DNA of 64,000 nucleotides from Batkoa obscura (Eukaryota): NCBI GenBank assembly GCA_030770535.1, contig JASVEC010000002.1, positions 1,302,001 to 1,366,000 of the forward strand, read 5' to 3'. Shown piece by piece: positions 26,133 to 36,236 of this stretch (position 1 is its first letter; each line of letters starts with the position of its first letter). The notes under the pieces were generated by a model. It saw only the letters and a program-made list of their open reading frames with translations, ran no database searches and was not told where the DNA came from. The position numbers and the translations under genes were made by a program.

Positions 26133-26970
26133 TTTTACAACAATACATAAAATTAATTATAATATATGTATTCATTGATTAGTTTAATTGAACGGCTTTT
26201 TTTAAAATACTTTAATTCGATTGTCGCTTACTTTCTTTATTGATCGACGAGATTGTAATGAACTAAATTGGATTATCTCATGGTTGACTCCACTAATCAA
26301 TACTGGCGTCAAAAACAAGGGTGTAAATCATCCTTGTTATTATGTTAGAAATTTCATTAAGCTTGAATTAATTAAATAAAATGACAAATATAAATCCTAT
26401 CACACTATCTTATAGCTCATAACTGCTCATCACTTTATTTATTGTCATAATTAAATAACAGTAGGTGTTGAAACATGATTTTACAATAGTTTTATTACCC
26501 TTACAGCTTCAAAAAATGAATTATTATATCAGTTGACTTAAATAACATAACAAAACTTGTCATGGTGTGGCTTTGCATCAAGTTTGAACGTTAAAACTGT
26601 CAAAGTTGATCGTCTATCTCCAAAAAGTAGTATAAATAATGTATAGAAGTAGATATCAAACTCATTAAATCCAATTGTATTATTGTATAAGGTAATCATT
26701 TAGTTTTGTGATTTAGTGCTAAGTATTAATAACTATTTCCTTTAGAATATTTAAAATGTTTACCAATTTCAAGTTATTATTAGTTCTCTTTTTCGTCTTT
26801 TTTGTAACCTCTGATATCTGTAGAAGATGTAATAAAAAAGGTGCTGTAGGCAGAACTTGTGTTGCTGATCACGAATGTGGAAATGCTTGCTCTAACTTCC
26901 CTAGAAGTCCAAAATGGGGTATCAATGGAGATTGTGATTGGGGTAGCTGTTGCTGTGGTGCCGATTGTTA
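26133..26970 (+). repeat. ~840-bp direct duplication, partner 31003-31840
   Basis: Near-identical upstream region plus CDS at an offset of 4870 bp. Confidence 0.9.
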
Positions 26971-26971
26971 A
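26756..26971 (+). CDS. Secreted 10-Cys defensin-like peptide, type B
   Basis: Same 71-aa translation. Confidence 0.88.
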   Translation: MFTNFKLLLVLFFVFFVTSDICRRCNKKGAVGRTCVADHECGNACSNFPRSPKWGINGDCDWGSCCCGADC

Positions 26972-27647
26972 ACTCATGAAATGATATGCTGGCTTATTTT
27001 ACTGAAATATTAAACACAATTTTTATCAAAATAAACATTATTAATAGTTACAATATCTACTTTATATTAACAGTTGTAGTTATAAAATAATCTTTGCAAC
27101 TTTTAGAGTTTTAAATCATTTTTGTTTATTCGACAAGTCTATTATTTAAATGGTTATAATTCAATATCTATATATCCCTGTTATATTTAACATTTAAACT
27201 GTTGAATGGATTTCTAACAATCAAATCAAACTATTATAATTAATTCTCTATTACTTTGAATAGCATTTCTTTACTACAGCTTCCTAACATATAAACCATT
27301 CCAAATTTTAGAAAGGTTACATTATCAAAATATTTTGAAAGTAGTTGATACAAGAATGCACCAAATACTTTAATTCAACTATGCCAAATAAACCTTTCAT
27401 TAAATTATAAATTTTATATTTCAATTTTAACTCATCAACTTATAATAAGTTATATTTGATACTCTGATTATTCTAAAGTAACTACTATCCTCAATGTCTA
27501 TCTTGATATTTTCATCGATATCACCTAGAAAAATCCAGTTTGTCTTCAAGTAAGTAAGTTACTAAATAACATCCCAATACAATTCTCTATTATGACTAAA
27601 GCATATTTTCCAAAGCAAAAACCTTCTGTTTTACTTTATTAATATAT

Positions 27648-27741
27648 GGGGGTGTTTTTTTGGCTTCATTACTTTTTCTATCTTTTAAACAGTATTTAAG
27701 CGGAAAAATAGTAAGATTCTCAAATATGAAGATACATCTCC
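27648..27741 (-). mobile_element. MITE family A copy (reverse)
   Basis: ATAT|GGGGGTGTTTTTTTGGCTTCATTAC...CATCTCC. Confidence 0.75.
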
Positions 27742-27974
27742 ATCATAAATTGAATCATTATAAGGTTTAGTTAGATATACTATTAGTACTATTGTCTTTG
27801 TAATATTTCGCAACGTTTATTACTATTCCCTTTGTTCATACGACTAAATTACATTCAGCAAGAGTCAATTATGACATGAAGTGTTACATCACGGAATATT
27901 GCAAAACTTAGTAGTAGAGATAAATAAAGCAATTAAAGAAATTGATGGTTTAAACGTTGAATTTAAAAGTCAAG

Positions 27975-28115
27975 TACCATTGGTTCGATTTAAACGTAAA
28001 TTGGGCATTTTAGTTCTTGTATTTACTGAACTAAACTATAACAAAATTTCTTTATTTTTATTTATCAAATACGAAACAAAAATGCCCAATTCACGTTTAA
28101 ATCGAACCAATGGTA
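27975..28115. mobile_element. Putative second MITE / fold-back with ~50-bp inverted arms and TA ends
   Basis: TACCATTGGTTCGATTTAAACGTAAATTGGGCATTTT ... AAAATGCCCAATTCACGTTTAAATCGAACCAATGGTA; one mismatch in the outer 37 bp. Confidence 0.7.
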
Positions 28116-28438
28116 AGGTTAGTATTTTAATCAACACTAACATTACTTTATTATCGTAAATTATACAATTAAAGTTAGTTTTAGTTATAAAATTACCTTA
28201 TGAATATATAATATAGCAGTTGAATTAACCCTAAACATAAAGGTGTTAGCATTATCATTTAACCCTAAAGATCAAACTGTCAGCATCTCATTGTTCACTC
28301 TTAAAAAAATAGTATAAATAATACACAAAAGTAGCTATAAACTTTATTAGATACTGCTTTTATTCTTGTATAAAGTAACTATAATCATCAGAGCTTAAAC
28401 ACAATATATTAACATCTATTTCCTTTAGAATATTTAAA

Positions 28439-28654
28439 ATGTTTACCAATTTCAAGTTATTATTAGTTCTCTTTTTCGTCTTTTTTGTAACCTCTGATAT
28501 CTGTAGAAGATGTAATAAAAAAGGTGCTGTAGGCAGAACTTGTATTGCTGACTATGAGTGCGGAAATGCTTGCTCTAACTTCGCTAGAAGTCCAAAATGG
28601 GGTATTAATGGAGATTGCGATTGGGGTAGCTGTTGCTGTGGTGCCGATTGCTAA
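28439..28654 (+). CDS. Secreted 10-Cys defensin-like peptide, type B variant
   Basis: Differs from type B by V>I, H>Y and P>A (CIADYECGNACSNFARS). Confidence 0.88.
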   Translation: MFTNFKLLLVLFFVFFVTSDICRRCNKKGAVGRTCIADYECGNACSNFARSPKWGINGDCDWGSCCCGADC

Positions 28655-29738
28655 GCACATACGATGATATTTGTTTAATTTTCTATATTATAGCATTATA
28701 AGTATGTAAATCTATTTCATTGAAGTAATAAACATAACCTCATTAAACTAAACGCTTTTTATGCTACTAAATACACTAATAATTTATAATGATACCCAGT
28801 AGCTTTGATTTCACAATTTATTGATTTATAAGGACTCACGACTATTTACTTATCAATTAGCAAATGTTTAATACCTAAATATTAATATTAATATTTTTAT
28901 AGTTGATCGAGTATCTAAACTACTATAATAAAAAATTTAATAAATGTAATTTATTATAAACCATCTCAATATTATTTTAAATAGTGTTACTTTATGTTTT
29001 AATATTAACTAGCTAATAAGTTGCTATAAGTTTACCAACAAAAAGTATGCTATTGGAAGAATAAAGATAATAAATAGAAAGCGAGAAGTTTCAATCTATT
29101 CAAGCTATAGCCTCAAAGACATTTTTTATTACACTGTACGCTATACACTACATACTTTAAAAAAAACCATTTAATCATAATGAATTAGACTTACTATCTT
29201 GAAAAAGGATAGCATACAAGGTGGTGATTACTTTAAATCTAGAAACAGCATTGACAATTGATTAAAATATTCATAAGTCTGAGGATAATACAGGCTATAG
29301 AATAATAGATGAGAATGCCATTCTTCATAAATAATTCATGCTTTTAAAAATGACGGACCCTTTGGCCCTTGATTTTTGATTACTCATGTTGCTTTCCCAT
29401 TTATTATATTTTAATAACATTATTATAAAGAATTATGTTTCAGCTATCATTACTTTCCACCCATCTCCAAATCATAATTGAAAGCAACATGCTATTTATG
29501 AATTATTGCATCAGGAATATTGTAATTTAGTTAAACAGGAATTTATAAGTAGATAAATGACAAAACAAGTACCAAAGTATGAACCAAACTATAAATAGTA
29601 AAGAAAATAAAATTATAAATTGGAATGCCTTTAATGTTTCAATATTCAGCTAACTTTTAACTCTATGTTGTATAAAAATGGATAAATAAATTAAATCTAA
29701 AAAGACCTAACATCCTCTTTTACTATTGCAAACTGTGC

Positions 29739-29836
29739 GAGGATGTTTTTTTTGGTTTCATTACTTTTTCCATTTTTTAAGCGTTGTTTGAGCGGAAATA
29801 TTGTTGGTAAATTCTTAAATACAAAAGTACACCCCT
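29739..29836 (-). mobile_element. MITE family A copy (reverse)
   Basis: GAGGATGTTTTTTTTGG...GTACACCCCT|ATAT. Confidence 0.75.
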
Positions 29837-30108
29837 ATATATATAATTTTGTTGGAAAAATTATTTCATAAAATGCATGATATAGCGTATAATTTAGCCT
29901 TAAACATCAAATACATCAACACTATCATTTAACCTTAAACTACAAGCTATCGTTACTTAATTGTTTGTCTTTAAAAAAGAGTATAAATAGCTCATAGAAG
30001 TAACCATAAGCCTTATCAAATCCATAATTTAATACTGTATAAAGTAAACATTTAAAAATCCAACTTTAAATATAAATATTAATAACTATTTCCTTTAGAA
30101 TATTTAAA

Positions 30109-30324
30109 ATGTTTACCAATTTCAAGTTATTATTAGTTCTCTTTTTCGTCTTTTTTGTAACCTCTGATATCTGTAGAAGATGTAATAAAAAAGGTGCTGT
30201 AGGCAGAACTTGTGTTGCTGATCACGAATGTGGAAATGCTTGCTCTAACTTCCCTAGAAGTCCAAAATGGGGTATCAATGGAGATTGTGATTGGGGTAGC
30301 TGTTGCTGTGGTGCCGATTGTTAA
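30109..30324 (+). CDS. Secreted 10-Cys defensin-like peptide, type B
   Basis: Same 71-aa translation. Confidence 0.88.
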   Translation: MFTNFKLLLVLFFVFFVTSDICRRCNKKGAVGRTCVADHECGNACSNFPRSPKWGINGDCDWGSCCCGADC

Positions 30325-30869
30325 GTTTATAAGATAATATATTTTAGTATTTTAGTATTTTGAATTCTTATTATAAATGATATTGATTCAACACCGACCT
30401 GTTAGATTAGCATTCCTATTAAAATAAAATAAAACTGATTTTTAAATCTTCAATATTCGTTCTTATCCTTGGATTCTATCTAAACATAGTATTAATAGCT
30501 ATTGATGGTAACAACTTATTGTAACAATATTCCTATACTTTCAAATTTGAAAATTAGCTATCTTAGCAAAAGTATATTATTACTTCAGGTGCTATATCAA
30601 AATGTTATTAAAAATAAAATTCTAAATTTAATTTTTATTTTAAATGCACAACATCCAAGGAATTGTAATTTGGAATTGTAATTTGGAATTGTAAGGATAT
30701 TTGTTAAAATAAAAACCGATTTATTAATATAGCCAATAATCCTTACTTTATCATTATACTTTAGTTAGTTAAAAATACCGGTTTTTGCCAGCAGTATAAC
30801 AAATAACTTTAAAATAAATTTTCTAGTATATTTTATCATAATTAGCGTATAATAATGGAATTGATATAT

Positions 30870-30967
30870 GAGGATGTGCTTTTATGTTTAAGAATTTTAC
30901 TATAGATTTTTCTACTCGAATAGTGCTTGAAAGATAGGAAAAGTAATGAAGCCAAAAAAACATCCCC
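30870..30967 (+). mobile_element. MITE family A copy
   Basis: ATAT|GAGGATG...CATCCCC|ATAT. Confidence 0.85.
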
Positions 30968-31625
30968 ATATAATTTACCTTACTATTACTCAAAAAATGT
31001 AATTTTACAATAATATATAAAATTAATTATAATATATGTATTCATTGATTAGTTTAATTGAACGGCTTTTTTTAAAATACTTTAATTCGATTGTCGCTTA
31101 CTTTCTTTATTGATCGACGAGATTGTAATGAACTAAATTGGATTATCTCATGGTTGACTCCACTAATCAATACTGGCGTCAAAAACAAGGGTGTAAATCA
31201 TCCTTGTTATTATGTTAGAAATTTCATTAAGCTTGAATTAATTAAATAAAATGACAAATATAAATCCTATCACACTATCTTATAGCTCATAACTGCTCAT
31301 CACTTTATTTATTGTCATAATTAAATAACAGTAGGTGTTGAAACATGATTTTACAATAGTTTTATTACCCTTACAGCTTCAAAAAATGAATTATTATATC
31401 AGTTGACTTAAATAACATAACAAAACTTGTCATGGTGTGGCTTTGCATCGATTTTGAATGTTAAAACTGTCAAAGTTGATCGTCTATCTCCAAAAAGTAG
31501 TATAAATAATGTATAGAAGTAGATATCAAACTCATTAAATCCAATTGTATTATTGTATAAGGTAATCATTTAGTTTTATGATTTAGTGCTAAGTATTAAT
31601 AACTATTTCCTTTAGAATATTTAAA

Positions 31626-31841
31626 ATGTTTACCAATTTCAAATTATTATTAGTTCTCTTTTTCGTCTTTTTTGTAACCTCTGATATCTGCAGAAGATGT
31701 AATAAAAAAGGTGCTGTAGGCAGAACTTGTGTTGCTGATCACGAATGTGGAAATGCTTGCTCTAACTTCCCTAGAAGTCCAAAATGGGGTATTAATGGAG
31801 ATTGTGATTGGGGTAGCTGTTGCTGTGGTGCCGATTGCTAA
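31626..31841 (+). CDS. Secreted 10-Cys defensin-like peptide, type B
   Basis: Same 71-aa translation. Confidence 0.88.
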   Translation: MFTNFKLLLVLFFVFFVTSDICRRCNKKGAVGRTCVADHECGNACSNFPRSPKWGINGDCDWGSCCCGADC

Positions 31842-32167
31842 ACGCAGAAGATAATATACTTGCTTATTTTAATAACCCTAACAACGTAAATTTCACGATT
31901 ATTGTCCAAATATTAAACACGACTCATCAAAATTAGCTTTTATGTTAAAAACATTTTATTGATTTGAGTATCAATGATTTTTGTGATATCATATTTATAG
32001 TCTCTTGAGTTTGAAACCATTTTGTTTATTTATTAGTATTGTCAAAATATTTATACTTCAATATCTAGGAATCCCCATTTTAACCAGTATTAAAATTATT
32101 AAATATGTTTTTAATCATTGAACCAAAATGTTACAAGATATCATTACTATATTATATAGTATAGTAT

Positions 32168-32364
32168 GTAGAAATGTATTTTTTAAGAATTTTATTAACA
32201 ATTTTTCCGCTCAAATAGTGCTTAAGAGAGAAAAAGTGATAAAGCCAAAAAAAATACTACCATATGGGGATGTATTTCTGTATTCAAGGATTTTATTAAC
32301 AATTTTTCCACCCAAATAGCGCTTAAAAGATGGAAAAAATAATGAAGCCAAAAAAAACAGCCCC
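32168..32364 (+). mobile_element. Two tandem MITE family A copies (~32168-32261, 32266-32364)
   Basis: Junction ...TACC|ATAT|GGGGATG...; right end CCCC|ATAT. Confidence 0.82.
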
Positions 32365-32973
32365 ATATCTTGTAGTACTTGTTAGCACATGAATCATTAA
32401 ATTTGAACCTAAGTTATGTTATTAAAAATGTATAAAGTGATTGATATGTAAAAACATAAAATATTTACATTATAAAATTTTACTATCAAAGTGTAAAGAA
32501 TGTATTTGAAATCAGTTTATTGTTTTATGACAAATTATACTTAATACACCAGTTATTTTAAAATACCTACTATCTAATAATAATATTTGAAAATAGACTC
32601 ATATCTACTTAGTTATCTACTAAAATAATAGATAGAACTAGCTAAAAAAATAGCTCAACACATCGCTCCCTATTATTTAAAAAAATTAATTGTGAATTTT
32701 CTTATGTAAGTGGATGGTTTTATAATTAAATGCTACTATGTAATTAGTAAAGTCATAATTATATAGCAATATTGAAATTACAAAATCGTCCAGTTATATA
32801 AAAAGCATAGCAGTCTATAATAACCGATTTAATAGGATAAACATTTGGGCAAAAATTACATACTTAACCAAAAAAACTAATCTTATCTCCAAGCACCAAT
32901 CAAAAGCATACTATTAGGCTTATTTATTTTATGTTCAAAACTTATTTTTCTAAAAAAATTAGTTCGAATCAAC

Positions 32974-35900
32974 ATGGCACCTCCATTAACTTTAGAAACG
33001 AATGAAAAGTAAATTCAATAATCTAAAAGATCAAAAACGCATATTAATAGATAATACAGGATAGGTCTTCAAGAGGCCGAGGATCGTGTTGCATTAGTCT
33101 TACAACGTGAACGAGTTTTAAAAAAAATAGAGCTTGAAAGAGAATCCATTAAAAATGATTTGAAGAAAAAGATAATTAAGAATGAGATGAGAAATATCAT
33201 CAATAAAATTTTGAATGATTTTAATAAAAAGATCGAATTGGAAATTAAAGAGGAGAAAGAACGAGCTAAGAATCAATTTTTGGTAGAAGAGCTTGAGAGA
33301 AAAGAAAAACTTCAAAGGGAAATTTTGGCTAAAAGGAAAAAAGAAAGAGAGATGAAAGTAACTAAATATATGAGTAAAAAGTTTTTTGTCAAAACAAAAG
33401 GTGGAGTTTGGGATCTATTTGAAGTGAAGAATGCAGCTTCGGTTATGGTGGGTTTAGCTTTATTTTTATATAGACTTATTTTCTTAAAAGTTTAGACATC
33501 AGTTATTGAAGAAAGTAAACTTGAGGCAGGAAAGTTGAATAAGGTTTATCATTTTATGAAGGGAATTAAGGAAAAGGAGGCTGAAATTAAGAATAATATA
33601 CTGGAAAATAAAGAAGAGAAAGAAGAAATTTTATCATTATTTGATGAATTTGAAGATTGGATTAATGAAATTAAACAAAATCCTAGTAATGACAATGATT
33701 TCAATGAAATTAAAATGATGGTAACTTTTTAAATCATAATTTATTATCAAAATTATTTAATTTTATTTTTAGGTATCTTCTATAGATATCTTATTAAAAA
33801 AAGCACATTTTTATTCTATCAATCTATATTATTTACTCATCATTAATTTTGTTGATGAAGCAATAGTAAGTTTATCATAGAAGAATAAAAATGATATACT
33901 AATACCCTGATAGAGTGAAAGCATTCAGCTAAATAATAATAACAAGTTATGTGTATTAAGTTTAAAGATGCTTGGAAATCAACACGATACCTTATTCAAT
34001 TACATGTATAGTAAACTGTTATTTTTATGCCCTATCATTCTACCCAGTTTAATTGATAAAAATAAAAATGTAATAAGTACATATAGTAACAATAATGATA
34101 ATAATAATATATTTATTAGGAGTCAATTTACGGAGAATGGAAAAGCAAGTCAGCTTTAATTGAAAATAGTTTACCTTATTTTGAGTTGTACTGTAAATTA
34201 ATTTTAACTTCCGGTGATGGTATTATATCTGGTAATAACAATATATTCCTCTATAATAATATGCTAATAAAACTTAATAGAATTTGAAGATAAAAATGAT
34301 CGGTTTGAGACTCAAGAGATTTGGATTTGGTTATTAAGATTTATTAGCAATGACTTAATTGGTTCTGAATACTCGACGTATTTAAAATTGATGTTAAAAG
34401 TAAGGTTATATAATTAGTAATGATATAATATTGACTTTGCGATAAGGAATGCGGAACTAAATTAATAAAAGACTATAAAATACAAGGAATTAAATTATTA
34501 AGATATTTACAAACTGAATCGAATAATAAGCCAAATCAATCAATTATTAAGGAAATTAAAGATGAGATTGAACTTTTACTAACAAAAAATTTGGATGACA
34601 AGAATACGAATATTAGTAAACTTAAAGATAGTAGTCAACAGGAGGTTAGCGAATATACTATTAAAGTAAGATTATATACTGTATAATACTAATACAATGT
34701 TAATTTTTTTACTATTCAAATAGCAAACATGTGTTCAAGAAATGCAATTAGAAGCAGCTAATTATCAAAAAGGAATTCATATACTTAAAAAATTAAATCA
34801 AAATATAGATAGTAAAATAGAACTAAAGAAAAAAAGATTTGATATACGTAAAAAAATACGACCTAAATTAAGTCAAATTAATAACACAAGAACGGTGGTT
34901 ATGGAAGTGGTAAGTAGATTAACTATTGGTATTATGAGTTTCAATTGATTTTAATTTATTTATTTAGTTGAATAACATTCAAGCCATTTTAAATGATGCT
35001 AAATTATGCCATCATTCATTATATATTTGGACATTAAATTTTTTGGTGAAACAAGCTATTGTAAGCAAAATTTTAATTCTATATAATTTATACGTTAAAA
35101 TTGATTTTATTTAAATAGAAACAAACAGAAACAGAAATTATATCCAATTTAAGTATGGCATTTCCATTAGCAAAATTGTTGTTATTATTATGCAAAAACA
35201 ACTTTGAATTAAGAAATTTGTTAAATATTCGATTTTATAAACGTTGCCCTTATATTTTACCCAATACTTTACCAAAGTATTCAGAGGTAAAGATTATTAT
35301 TTAAGATATAAAATATATATCAATTAGCAATTAAATTAATTAGGAAATAAAACCTGAAATATATAAAAAAAGGATGGGTTATATTCAAAAAGATAATAGA
35401 TTTGAAGAGTTGGATGTTTATATTAAGAGAATTAATGCTATCTTTTATTTATATTGTGCTTTATTACAGTTTGATGAAAAAGGTAAAATGATAATTAAAA
35501 TGATATAATAATATTAATATTAATATTTAATATCATTTTAGACGGAATCAATAATACCTATGGGATTGATCATGCATGGTTATGGTTATCTAGATGTTTA
35601 ATTGTAGCACCTAATGAAGTATCAGCAGAGTTATTAAATACCTTTTTAATAGTAATATTCTTTAATTATTATAAGATTAAATTGATAACAAATAATTAGG
35701 TATGTGGTGGTAAATTAATAGTGAGTTATAAAACCCAAGCAATTAAACAAATTGAATATATTGAAAGAGAATATTTTCCAAAATTAGATTTAAAATTAAA
35801 AGCAACTCAATTTAGATTACAAATTACATTGGAAAAAATGAAGGAGAATAATTATTTTATTCAATTTCCGATTGGTAGAGACTTTAATGGGGAATCTAAC

Positions 35901-36221
35901 AGAAGCTTATTAAAAACTCCATATGATAGTGGGAATAATAATCCATTTTCATTTGCTAATAAGGATAATACTACTACTCAGTTTTCATTTACCAATACCA
36001 CTAATGCTAATAACACTCAATTTTCATTTATTAATACTAAGAATGAGAATAGTAATACTCAAACTTCATTTGGTTTTAGTAACAACACTATTAATAATAA
36101 TAATAATCCATTTTCATTCCTTAATACTAGTAATAATCAAACGAGGGAATTTAATATGAGTAACTTTGCTGATGAGTTTGATGATGATGATGGTGCCTTT
36201 GATGAATTAGATGACGATTGA
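32974..36221 (+). CDS. GLE1: mRNA export factor Gle1-like protein with two tandem Gle1 domains and an FxF/Asn-rich tail; multi-exon
   Basis: Spliced translation gives a coiled-coil N-terminus, then LKKKRFDIRKKIRPKLSQINN, KQTETEI..AFPLA, RFYKRCPYILP, KRMGY, YIKRINAIFYLY, GIDHAWLWLSR and VCGGKLIVSYKTQAIK, which are typical Gle1 C-terminal blocks. The 5' exons are tentative. Confidence 0.82.
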
Positions 36222-36236
36222 TTTAATAAAATGTTA

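Noticed and set aside
27881..28159. 92-aa ORF
   Set aside because: GTG start and spans the fold-back element; no recognisable motif.
30659..30694. GGAATTGTAATTT tandem repeat, ~2.7 units
   Set aside because: Short slippage repeat with no evidence of function.
17697..31841. Peptide array as an assembly artefact
   Set aside because: Copies have distinct flanks, mixed orientations and synonymous differences.
23433..32364. Repeated ~97-bp units as a CRISPR array or tRNA/SINE
   Set aside because: Eukaryotic context, dispersed in both orientations with TIRs and TSDs, and no spacers, cloverleaf or A/B boxes.
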